A program made the translations under genes and the position numbers. Positions 35,601-44,466 of a DNA stretch of 64,000 nt are shown here, piece after piece (position 1 is the stretch's first letter; each line of letters begins with the position of its first letter). Below the pieces are notes generated by a model. It saw only the letters and a list, made by a program, of their open reading frames with translations. It was not told the origin of the DNA and did not search any database. This stretch comes from an uncultured beta proteobacterium. Its GTDB lineage: Bacteria; Pseudomonadota; Gammaproteobacteria; Burkholderiales; Casimicrobiaceae. The stretch lies in the NCBI GenBank assembly GCA_963773195.1, contig CAVZAE010000002.1:71821-135820 (forward strand), written 5' to 3'.

Positions 35601-37722
35601 TCTTTCGTGTTCGCGACCTCGCCGCTCGAGGTCCAGTACGGCCTCGGCGCGATCCTCGCGGGCATTTCGAACCAGCGCAAGTCGCGCTCGGGCGCGGCGT
35701 TCTCGGGCCAGGTGCTGAGCACGAGCAACGACATCATCTACGAGCCGACGATCGAGCCCGGCTGGGGCGGCGACCTGCTGAAGGTGCAGATCGATTCCGA
35801 TCCCAAGAGCCCTACCGTCGGCCAGGAACTCGCCACGATTTGGCACGCCTCAGCGGTCCTCGGCACCATGATCAAGCCGGCTTTCCTCGGCGACGAGCCC
35901 TGGATGGACGAGTCGAAGCGGCGCATCGTCACCTGGAACGGCGCGACGCGAACAGCGTTCCGCGCGACGGCGTCAGGCGTCCTCCCGGTGCTGTCGGCCG
36001 CGCAGCTTGCGACCCTGAGCCCGAACGGGTTCACGCAGCGGCGGATGGTCGCCTACCTGCGCGGCGGCACGACGTACAACACGACGGCTGCCGATGCTCC
36101 GCTACCCGCGGGCAAGACGCTCACCATTGAGGGCACCGCCATTGGCGAGTTCCGGAAGCGCCAGGGGGGACCCTTGGGAGACATCTCCAACGCCCAACCT
36201 CTGGTCGTGTCCGTCAACCCGCCGCTCTTCAACACCGGCGCCGATCCGGGCTATGCCGCGTTCGTCGCCGCGCAGAAGGCGGCGAACTACCAGGACCGCA
36301 TCGTCGCCGCCGCGAACGACGGCATGGTGCACGTGTTCGACTCCAACGACGGCCACGAGGTCTTCGCGTACGTCCCGAGCTCGTTGCTGCGCTCCACTGT
36401 CGACGTGAACGGCCGCCCGACGGGCATTCAGGCGCTGGCATTCCAGGATGGCGGCGTACCCATCTACAAGCACCATTTCTACGTGGATTCGTCGCCCCGG
36501 ACGTCCGACGTCGACTTCAACAGCGCCGGCCTCACGGGTCTCGGCCCCGACTGGCACACGATCGTCGTCGGCGGCATGGGCAAGGGTGGCAATGCGTACT
36601 ACGCGCTCGACCTCACCAACGGCGATGCGGTCGATGAGGCACAGGCCGCGTCCAAGCTGCTGTGGGAAGCCACGGACTCGGATTGGAAGTACACGTACGG
36701 CCGCCCGATCGTCGTGAAGACGTACCAGTACGGGTGGACGGTCATCGTGACGTCCGGATACAACAACGTGTCCGGGGAAGGTCGCATCTACCTGCTCAAC
36801 CCGAAGACCGGCAAGCCGCAAAACGCCGCGCAGCCCTACATTTCCACGGGCCCGGTTTCATGCCTCGGCCCCGACGGCGTAACGCTGCAGACGAGCGGCC
36901 TCGCGCAGATCAACGGCTTCACGAAGGACTTCCACAACCAGTTCGTCGAGCAGGTGTACGGTGGCGACCTGTGCGGAAACCTGTGGCGGTTCGATCTGAC
37001 AGCGGCGGCGGGCAATTATCCGCCGCCGCAGCTGTTCGCCACGCTCACGGACAAGCTGGGCAAGCCGCAGCCGGTCACTACCGCGCCGCAGATCGAGATC
37101 GACTTCGCGAATGGCGTCGACCGCTACGTCTTCATCGGCACCGGCCGCCTGCTCGACGTCACCGACCTCACGACGCCGACGACGCCACAGACGCAAACGC
37201 TGTGGGCGATTCGCGACGACAAGCTCAATACACCTATCCCGGACGGCGATCCTCTGCTGCCGATCGACGCGCGCAGTTTTCTGGTGACAGTGCCGGCGGG
37301 CGGACTGGCCGTGCCAAGCGGCGCGCCGAACGGCTGGTTCCACGACCTTCCCGACGGCTCCGGCGGCACGACCAACGAGCGGATCGTCAACGACGTCGAG
37401 GCCGACGTGAACACCGTCACTTACATCGGCACGCAGACGACGAACGATGTCTGCACGATCGCGCTGCCCGCGAACATTTACGCGCGCGAGTACGCGACGG
37501 CTGCATCGCTCATCAACGATCCGAAGAACGGTTGGTTCTACCATGACGACGCCGGCGGCGTCGGCATGCAGATCGTCGGCATACAGGATCCGACGACGGG
37601 CGCCGATCACGCTGGCCGGGCTGCTGTCGCACGAGGTTCCGGGCACGAAGCCGATCTCGTTCAAGAACCCGGCGACCTTCGGCCGTAACCGGATGTCGTG
37701 GCGCCTGCTGAGCGGAGAATGA
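32618..37722 (+). pseudogene. pilY1: Giant PilY1-family type IV pilus tip adhesin/biogenesis protein (about 1,700 codons) with two frame switches (~34423 and ~37603)
   Basis: Signal peptide, vWA MIDAS motif DDSGSM (32789-32806), later vWA elements (NYANWYAYYRLR, CQSNYHILFTDGFTNQ), and a C-terminal PilY1 beta-propeller (AANDGMVHVFDSNDGHEVFAYVPSSLL, GGMGKGGNAYYALDLT). The reading passes from ORF 32618..34504 to the frame of ORF 34914..37688, then to ORF 37447..37722, which ends ...FGRNRMSWRLLSGE*. Confidence 0.85.
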
Positions 37723-37776
37723 ACCACGCTGGTCGCGCACGCTGACCTGTTCGATCACCGGCGCAGGCCGGGAACT

Positions 37777-37807
37777 GCGGCGGCGGGAGGGCAACCTCCG
37801 CCGCCGC
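37777..37807 (+). terminator. Strong GC hairpin after pilY1
   Basis: GCGGCGGCGGGAGG-GCAA-CCTCCGCCGCCGC (13 bp, one bulge), 55 nt past the pilY1 stop. There is no U-tract, so terminator function is uncertain. Confidence 0.35.
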
Positions 37808-37838
37808 GCGTTCGAGGGCGGTAGGTGTAAAGGCTAGA

Positions 37839-38580
37839 ATGATCGCCGCCTTGACCCGGTTCCGCTCCGCGACGCTCCCGATCGCCTTCGCGGCGTCCGT
37901 CGCCGTTCACGTTTCGACGCTGGCGACGCTGCTCGGTGTCGACGCGGCCCGCGCGCCACGCCCTCGCCGGATGTCGCCTGGCAGCCACCCGTTCTGGAAG
38001 CGCGCCTGGTCGCCGTTGCACCGCCCGTCGCGCCGGCCGTCTCCACCGTCGTTCCCGTTGTGCCGCCGGCCGTCGTTCCGGCCGCCCCATTGCCCGAAGA
38101 AGTGCCGGCCGAACGCCGCATCGCTAGGCCATCGCCGGGAGCGGCATCCGGCGAGCGCAGCGACCGTCGGCTGGAAACCGCGGGTCGTCATCAACGATCG
38201 CGTGCCGCGCGCGCGTTTCGGCGACGCGCTCGACGGCGACGCGCTCGCGGCCTTTCTGACCGAAGTTGATGCGCCGGTCGGGCTGCCGGAGCGCTTTGAC
38301 GTGACCTACCCGAGCGCGCGCGCTCGCCGCACGCAAGGAGGGCTCGGTCCTTGTCTGGGCCGTGATCACCGACCAGGGAACCGTCGATTCCGTGCACGTG
38401 GTCGAAGGCGACCCCGAGTTCGCCACGGCGGTCGAAGCCGCGCTCGGGCGAACGCGGTTCGCACCGGCACGCAATCTCGGCCAGCCGGTCCCCTTTTACG
38501 TCACGCTCGAATTCGAGTTCCGGCTCGACGCGACGGCCGGAGCGGTCGCGGCAAAGCGCGCAGGCACCGCGGAGCGCTAG
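37839..38580 (+). pseudogene. TonB-family protein (TM anchor, Pro/Ala/Val-rich linker, TonB_C domain) read across two frames, probably three switches
   Basis: MIAALTRFRSATLPIAFAASVAVHVSTLATLLG (frame of ORF 37839..39407). Linker ...PPVLEARLVAVAPPVAPAVSTVVPVVPPAVVPAAPLPEEVPAE (frame of ORF 38060..38269). PRVVINDRVPRARFGD...FDVTYPS (first frame). ALAARKEGSVLVWAVITDQGTVDSVHVVEGDPEFATAVEAALGRTRFAPARNLGQPVPFYVTLEFEFRL (ORF 38362..38580). The span is 742 nt (3n+1). Confidence 0.65.
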
Positions 38581-40085
38581 CCCATCAAGGGCATATGGAA
38601 GCCCGGAGCGGCGCTGCCGTCGTCCGGCCAGCGCGCGGTGATCGCCTTGCCCCGCGTGTAGAAGCGCACGCCATCCATCCCGTGCACGTGGAGGTCGCCG
38701 AACAGCGAATTCCTCCAGCCTCCGAACGAATAGAACGCCATCGGCACGGGAATCGGAACGTTGACGCCGAGCATGCCGATCTCGGTGTCCTGCTGGAACC
38801 GCCGCGCGGCATGGCCGGAACGCGTGAACAGCGCAGCGCCATTTGCGTAGGGATTGCGATTGACAAGTTCGATGGCCGCCGCGAGCGACTCCGCGCGGAC
38901 GACGACCAACACGGGGCCGAAGATCTCGTCCTTGTAGATCGCCATCTCCGGTGTGACGTTGTCGAACAGCGTCGGGCCGACGAAGAAGCCGTTGTCGTGA
39001 CTGGGCACGCGCGGCTTGCGGCCGTCGACGACAAGCGAGGCGCCGGCTTTGACGCCACCGTCGATGTAGCCGACGATCCGGTCGCGCGCGGCGCAGGTCA
39101 CGACCGGACCCATTTCGATGCCCGCCGCGTCGCCCGGCCCGACCTTGACGGCCCGCGCCCGCGAGGCAAGCTCGCCGACGAGCTTGTCGGCGACATCGCC
39201 GACCGCGACAACGGCCGAGATCGCCATGCAGCGCTCGCCGGCCGAGCCGTAACCTGCACCGATGATGGCGTCGGCCGCGAACGGCACGTCGGCGTCCGGC
39301 AGCACGATCGCGTGATTCTTGGCGCCGCCCAGCGCCTGCACGCGCTTGCCGTGCGCGGCGCCCGTTTCGTAGATGTATTTGGCAATCGGCGTCGAGCCGA
39401 CGAATGACACGGCGCGAATGCCCGGGTGCGCGAGGATCGCATCCACCGCTTCCTTGTCGCCGTGCACGACGTTGAATACGCCATCGGGCAGCCCCGCTTC
39501 GCTCAGCAGCTCGGCCATCCGCAGCGAAAGCGTCGGGTCGCGCTCGGACGGCTTCAGGATGAACGTGTTGCCGCACGCGAGTGCGACGGGAAACATCCAC
39601 ATCGGCACCATCGCCGGGAAGTTGAACGGCGTGATGCCCGCGCAGACGCCGACCGGTTCGCGCATCGACCAGCTGTCGACATCGGTGCCGACGTTCTCGC
39701 TGAATTCGCCCTTGAGCAGATGCGGGATGCCCGACGCAAACTCGACGACTTCGATCCCGCGTGTGATGGAGCCCTCGGCGTCGGTGAGCGTCTTGCCATG
39801 CTCCTCGGTGACGATGCGCGCAAGCGCCTTCTTATGCTCTTCCATGAGCTCGCGGAAGCGCATCAGCACGCGTGCGCGCCGCAGCGCGGGGGCCGCGCGC
39901 CAGGCCGGCAGCGCAGCCAGCGCGGCTTGAACAGCGAGGTCGACGTCCTCCGCGTTGCCGAGCGGGACGTGGCGGATCACTTCGCCGGTCGCTGGGTTGG
40001 TGATCTCGCCGTAGCGTTGCGTCCGCGCGGACACCGCACGTCCGCCGATCCACAGCGGCAGCCGTTCGAGCGTAGTCAGGTCCAT
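38577..40085 (-). CDS. mmsA: Methylmalonate-semialdehyde dehydrogenase (CoA-acylating)
   Basis: 502 aa. Aldehyde dehydrogenase with FNFPAMVPMWMFPVALACGNTFILKPSE, catalytic GERCMA, and the C-terminal ...GWRNSLFGDLHVHGMDGVRFYT typical of MmsA. Confidence 0.92.
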   Translation of the reverse strand: MDLTTLERLPLWIGGRAVSARTQRYGEITNPATGEVIRHVPLGNAEDVDLAVQAALAALPAWRAAPALRRARVLMRFRELMEEHKKALARIVTEEHGKTLTDAEGSITRGIEVVEFASGIPHLLKGEFSENVGTDVDSWSMREPVGVCAGITPFNFPAMVPMWMFPVALACGNTFILKPSERDPTLSLRMAELLSEAGLPDGVFNVVHGDKEAVDAILAHPGIRAVSFVGSTPIAKYIYETGAAHGKRVQALGGAKNHAIVLPDADVPFAADAIIGAGYGSAGERCMAISAVVAVGDVADKLVGELASRARAVKVGPGDAAGIEMGPVVTCAARDRIVGYIDGGVKAGASLVVDGRKPRVPSHDNGFFVGPTLFDNVTPEMAIYKDEIFGPVLVVVRAESLAAAIELVNRNPYANGAALFTRSGHAARRFQQDTEIGMLGVNVPIPVPMAFYSFGGWRNSLFGDLHVHGMDGVRFYTRGKAITARWPDDGSAAPGFHMPLMG

Positions 40086-40124
40086 GTGCGCCTCCTCGGG
40101 GGCAACGCCCCACAGGCATGAATC

Positions 40125-40727
40125 TCAGGCTTCCGAGAGCCGCGCGACGTAGCGCGCGACCAGATCGACTTCCAGGTTGACCCGCGCGCCGGGCCGCAGC
40201 GATTTCAACGTCGTGACGTCGAGTGTATGCGGAATCAGATTGAGGTGGAAGCGCGTGCCGGCCACGCCGTTGACGGTGAGGCTGACGCCGTGCACGGCGA
40301 TCGATCCCTTGACCGCGATGAAGCGACTGAGCGAAGGCGGTGCGTCGATCTCGAGCCGATAGCTGCCGGTGCCGGAAGCGACTTCCTCGACCCGATCGAA
40401 CGCGACGACCGTGCCCACGCCGTCGACATGGCCGCTCATCAGGTGCCCGCCAAGCCGATCCGAGAGCCGAAGCGCCTTCTCGAGGTTAACGTCGGCGTTG
40501 CCGTCGAGGCCCGCAGTGCATGCGAGCGTCTCCGCGGAAACGTCGAAGCCCAGCGTTGCGCCGCTTTTCGCGACGACGGTCAGGCAGCAGCCGTTGACGG
40601 CGACGCTGTCGCCGATCGCGATATCGGTGATGTCGAGCGCGCCGGGCGCGACGACGAGACGCAGCCCGTCGCCCTTCGGCGCCGCCGCGGCGATCTTGCC
40701 GACCACTGCCACGATGCCGGTGAACAT
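40125..40727 (-). CDS. ribE: Riboflavin synthase (alpha chain)
   Basis: 200 aa: MFTGIV...GDSVAVNGCCLTV...and second-repeat GSIAVHGVSLTV. A duplicated lumazine-binding domain. Confidence 0.92.
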   Translation of the reverse strand: MFTGIVAVVGKIAAAAPKGDGLRLVVAPGALDITDIAIGDSVAVNGCCLTVVAKSGATLGFDVSAETLACTAGLDGNADVNLEKALRLSDRLGGHLMSGHVDGVGTVVAFDRVEEVASGTGSYRLEIDAPPSLSRFIAVKGSIAVHGVSLTVNGVAGTRFHLNLIPHTLDVTTLKSLRPGARVNLEVDLVARYVARLSEA

Positions 40728-41828
40728 CAGTCCCCCTTGGTAGCGATAAAGGCGATCACGCGCAAATCGCCACCGATCCGCGCGACATCGTGGATCTCGA
40801 GCGGGATGCGATCAGCGAGCCGCGCGAGGCCGCCCGGGATCGCGGCAATGCCGCGCGCGGGATCTCCGATCACGGCACGGCGCGAGGTAGAGCAGGAGCT
40901 CGTCCACCAGCGCCGCGGATAGCAGCGCTCCATTGAGGCCCGCGCCCGCCTCGACGTGAACTTCGTTGATCTCGCGCTTCGCAAGCGCACGCAGCAGCGC
41001 CACGAGATCGACGCGGCCGTCGGCGTCCGGCAGCGCAACCGTCGTCACGCCGGCCGGCCACGCGGCATTCGCGTTGCCCGCCGTCGCGATGAGCGCGTGT
41101 CCGCCGGCGAGCACGCGCGCTGCGGGGGGCGTTTCGGCGTGGCGATCGACGATGACGCGTAGCGGCTGGCGTGCATTCGCGACATCGCGGACCGTCAGCT
41201 GCGGGTCGTCGGCAAGCACGGTCCCGACGCCCGTCATGATCGCGCACGCGCGGGCGCGGAAGCGGTGCCCGTCGGCTCGAGCGGCCTCGCCGGTGATCCA
41301 TTGGCTTTCGCCGGACGAAAGTGCGGTGCGCCCGTCGAGGCTCGCCGCCACCTTCAGCCGGACCCAGGGCCGGCCGCGCGTCATCCTCGAGATGAAGCCT
41401 GCGTTGAGCTCGCGTGCCTCGCGCTCCATGAGTCCGACCTCGACCGCGATTCCGGCTTCGCGCAGCCGGTCCGTGCCGTGCCGCGCCTCGGGATTCGGGT
41501 CGGCCATTGCCGCCACCACGCGGCGAATGCCGGCGGCAACCAGCGCGTCGGTGCACGGCGGCGTGCGGCCCTCGTGGTTGCACGGCTCGAGCGTCACGAA
41601 CGCAGTCGCCCCGCGTGGATCGTGACCGCGCGACTTCGCATCGACGAGCGCGTTGATCTCGGCGTGCGGGAGGCCGGCGCGCGCATGGAACCCCTCGCCG
41701 ATCGCCATGCCGTCCTTCACCAGCACGCAGCCGACGCGCGGATTAGGCGTCGCGGTATCGAGCCCGCGGGCAGCAAGCTCGAGTGCACGCGTCATGTGGG
41801 CATGGTCGGCGTCGGAAAACGCGGACAT
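40727..41828 (-). pseudogene. ribD: Bifunctional riboflavin biosynthesis deaminase/reductase RibD, frame switch about 45 codons before the stop (~40874-40880)
   Basis: ORF 40812..41828 gives MSAFSDADHAHMTRALELAARG...HAEINAL...TLEPCNHEGRTPPCTDAL (deaminase zinc motif) and the reductase domain up to ...VDELLLYLAP. The family C-terminus AVIGDPARGIAAIPGGLARLADRIPLEIHDVARIGGDLRVIAFIATKGD* is in ORF 40727..41038. The span is 1102 nt (3n+1). Confidence 0.88.
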
Positions 41829-41847
41829 GGGGAAGGCGCCGCCGAGG

Positions 41848-42300
41848 TCAGCGCTTCTTGATCTTGCGCACCGCTTCGCGGAAGTCCTCGACGTCCTGGA
41901 AACTCCGGTAGACGGACGAGAAACGGATATAGGCGACCTTGTCGAGCTTGTAGAGCTCCTGCATCACCATCTCGCCGATCTGGCGCGAGGGGATCTCGCG
42001 TTCGCCGAGCGCGAGCACCTGCCCCACGATCCGGTCGACCGCCTGGTCGACGAACTCGGTCGGCACCGGCCGCTTGTGCAGCGCGCGCTGGAAGCCATTG
42101 CGCAGCTTGCCGACGTCGAAGTCCGAACGGGTGCCATTGGTCTTCACCACCTGCGGCAGCCTGAGCTCGACGGTCTCGTAGGTCGTGAAGCGCTTCTGAC
42201 AGATGGCGCAACGGCGGCGGCGACGGATCGAATCCCCAGGCTCGGAGACACGCGAGTCGATGACCTGCGTGTCGGCGCCGCCACAGAACGGGCACTTCAT
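41848..42300 (-). CDS. nrdR: Transcriptional repressor NrdR
   Basis: 150 aa: [42 protein letters not shown] (zinc ribbon) plus an ATP-cone. Confidence 0.95.
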   Translation of the reverse strand: MKCPFCGGADTQVIDSRVSEPGDSIRRRRRCAICQKRFTTYETVELRLPQVVKTNGTRSDFDVGKLRNGFQRALHKRPVPTEFVDQAVDRIVGQVLALGEREIPSRQIGEMVMQELYKLDKVAYIRFSSVYRSFQDVEDFREAVRKIKKR

Positions 42301-42318
42301 CGCTGCACGGGCATCGCG

Positions 42319-43566
42319 TCAGCCGTAGACGGGGAACTTCCCGGTGAGTGCCGTCACTGCGTGGGCGACTCGGGACGCCGTCGCGTGGTCGTGCGGCTTG
42401 TCGAGGATGTCGGCGATCAAGTGGCCGAGCTCCTCGCACTCGATCTCGGTGAAGCCACGGGTCGTGATCGCCGGGCTTCCGATGCGGATGCCCGAGGTGA
42501 CGAACGGCTTCTCGGGGTCGTTCGGGATCGCGTTCTTGTTGACCGTGATGTGGGCCTTTGCCAGCGCCGCCTCCGCATCCTTGCCCGTGATCTTCTTGGC
42601 GCGAAGGTCGACCAGGAACAGATGCGAATCGGTGCCGCCGGAGACGATCCGGAGTCCGCGGTCCTTGAGCACCTTCGCGAGCACCCGCGCGTTTTCGAGC
42701 ACCTGCTCCTGGTACCGCCGGAAATCCTTGCCGAGGGCTTCGCCGAACGCCACCGCCTTGGCGGCGATGACATGCATCAGCGGACCGCCCTGCAGTCCGG
42801 GGAACACCGCCGAGTTGATGGCCTTCTCGTGTTCGGCCCGCATCAGCACGAACCCGCCGCGCGGGCCGCGCAATGTCTTGTGCGTTGTGCTGGTGACATA
42901 GTCGGCGACGCCGACCGGCGATGGATAGACGTCCGCCGCGATCAGGCCGGCGTAGTGCGCCATGTCGACCATGAGCCGCGCGCCGACGGCGCTGCCGATC
43001 GCCGCGAAGCGCTCCCAGTCGATGATCCGCGAATACGCCGACGCACCGGCGATGATGAGCTTCGGCTTGTGCTCGTGCGCCAGGCGCTCGACGGCATCGT
43101 AGTCGATGAGCTCGGTCTCGGGCTCGAGCCCGTACGCGATGACGTTGAACCACTTGCCGCTGATGTTGACGGGCGAGCCGTGGGTCAGGTGTCCGCCATG
43201 CGGCAGCGCCATGCCGAGGATCGTGTCGCCCGGTGTCAAAGCGGCGAAGAACACAGCCTGGTTCGCCTGAGCGCCCGAGTGTGGCTGCACGTTGGCCGCC
43301 TCGGCGCCGAAGAGCGCCTTGACGCGGTTGAGCGCGAGCTGCTCGGCGACGTCGACGAACTCGCAGCCGCCGTAGTAACGCTTGCCCGGGTAGCCCTCGG
43401 CGTACTTGTTCGTGAGCTGCGACCCCTGCGCCTCGAGCACGGCGCGGCTCACATAGTTTTCCGAGGCGATCAGCTCGATGTGCTCTTCCTGCCGCTGATT
43501 CTCGGCGGCGATCGCGGCCCAGAGCTCAGCGTCGGCCTGGGCGAGGGTAAGGGGGCGGTAGGACAC
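42319..43566 (-). CDS. glyA: Serine hydroxymethyltransferase
   Basis: 415 aa: ...[41 protein letters not shown]...[14 protein letters not shown] (PLP-lysine motif). Confidence 0.97.
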   Translation of the reverse strand: MSYRPLTLAQADAELWAAIAAENQRQEEHIELIASENYVSRAVLEAQGSQLTNKYAEGYPGKRYYGGCEFVDVAEQLALNRVKALFGAEAANVQPHSGAQANQAVFFAALTPGDTILGMALPHGGHLTHGSPVNISGKWFNVIAYGLEPETELIDYDAVERLAHEHKPKLIIAGASAYSRIIDWERFAAIGSAVGARLMVDMAHYAGLIAADVYPSPVGVADYVTSTTHKTLRGPRGGFVLMRAEHEKAINSAVFPGLQGGPLMHVIAAKAVAFGEALGKDFRRYQEQVLENARVLAKVLKDRGLRIVSGGTDSHLFLVDLRAKKITGKDAEAALAKAHITVNKNAIPNDPEKPFVTSGIRIGSPAITTRGFTEIECEELGHLIADILDKPHDHATASRVAHAVTALTGKFPVYG

Positions 43567-43600
43567 TGCGAGTCCGGTCGCTTTCGAGCGAGCAGTGGCG

Positions 43601-43609
43601 ATTCTAGCA
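43601..43609 (-). promoter_or_regulatory. Extended -10 candidate (TGcTAGAAT) for glyA
   Basis: The minus strand reads GATGCTAGAAT about 35 nt upstream of the glyA ATG. No good -35 element. Speculative. Confidence 0.2.
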
Positions 43610-43675
43610 TCCGCTCCTCGCCGGCCGGCGACCGCCGCCGGACCTTGAGGCGCGTTACCCGAGGGGCAAAACCCT

Positions 43676-43681
43676 TATAAT
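43676..43681 (+). promoter_or_regulatory. Perfect TATAAT hexamer upstream of the TRAP small-permease gene
   Basis: TATAAT at 43676-43681, about 120 nt upstream of the TTG start at 43800. The -35 region is poor. Speculative. Confidence 0.2.
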
Positions 43682-43799
43682 CCGCTGCCGATTCCACGGG
43701 CGTGCGCGCTCCCAGCGTCGCACACCCGCGCCTAACCAGACGGCAGTCCATGCCGCTGTTGCCCGTTCGCAGTCGCTACCGATTTCTCGAGGAGGCGCC

Positions 43800-44438
43800 T
43801 TGAACCCTCTGCTCCGTCTGTCGCGGGCGATCGATGCCGCGACCGAGCGTCTGGGCCATGTCATCTACTGGCTCATCCTGATCGTCGTGCTCATCAGCGC
43901 CGGCAATGCCACGGTGCGCAAGCTCTTCAACCAGAGCTCCAACGCATTCCTCGAAATCCAGTGGTACATCTTCTCCGCGATCTTCCTGTTCCTCGCGGGC
44001 TACACGCTCATGCACAACGAGCATGTGCGGATCGACATCGTCACCGGCCGGCTGTCAGCGCGGGCACGGGCCTGGATCGACATCTTCGGCACGATCTTCT
44101 TCCTGCTGCCGATGGCGTTCCTGATCATGTGGCTGTCGTGGCCGATCTTCATCGATACCTGGCAGCACCACGAGGTGTCCACCAACGCCGGCGGCCTCAT
44201 CATCTGGCCCGCCCGGCTCCTCGTTCCGATCGGCTTTTTCCTGCTGATCGTCCAGGCGCTCTCGGAGCTGATCAAGCGCTTCGCTTTCCTACAGGGCCTG
44301 ATCCAGGACCCGAGCGAAAAGCACGTCATGCGGACGGCCGAGGAGGAGCTCGCCGAGGAGATCCTCCGCTCGCGCGGCGATCGCGGCATCGCCGAGGAGA
44401 TCGAGCAGATCGGTACGGCCGGGGAGAAGCGGCCATGA
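43800..44438 (+). CDS. TRAP transporter small permease (DctQ-like)
   Basis: 212 aa, TTG start behind GGAGG. Four predicted TM helices (VIYWLILIVVLISAG, IFSAIFLFLAGYTL, IFGTIFFLLPMAFLIMWL, LLVPIGFFLLIVQAL) and an acidic C-terminal tail. Confidence 0.85.
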   Translation: MNPLLRLSRAIDAATERLGHVIYWLILIVVLISAGNATVRKLFNQSSNAFLEIQWYIFSAIFLFLAGYTLMHNEHVRIDIVTGRLSARARAWIDIFGTIFFLLPMAFLIMWLSWPIFIDTWQHHEVSTNAGGLIIWPARLLVPIGFFLLIVQALSELIKRFAFLQGLIQDPSEKHVMRTAEEELAEEILRSRGDRGIAEEIEQIGTAGEKRP

Positions 44439-44466
44439 GAAATCGGGGGGAAACGAGGAGGCGGCA

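Noticed and set aside
40871-40880. Tandem CCGTG CCGTG at the ribD frame switch as a 5-nt duplication
   Set aside because: Removing 5 nt does not restore the reading frame, whereas removing a single base does. The apparent duplication is therefore incidental.
41653-43680. 675-aa plus-strand ORF
   Set aside because: It is antisense to ribD, nrdR and glyA, all of which are clearly real. No recognisable motifs.
43567-43799. Possible riboswitch (ZTP/pfl, THF or glycine type) in the 233-nt gap upstream of glyA
   Set aside because: I could not find the conserved cores of these motifs on the minus strand. The candidate -10 element leaves a leader of only about 30 nt. A covariance-model search (Rfam/Infernal) would be decisive.
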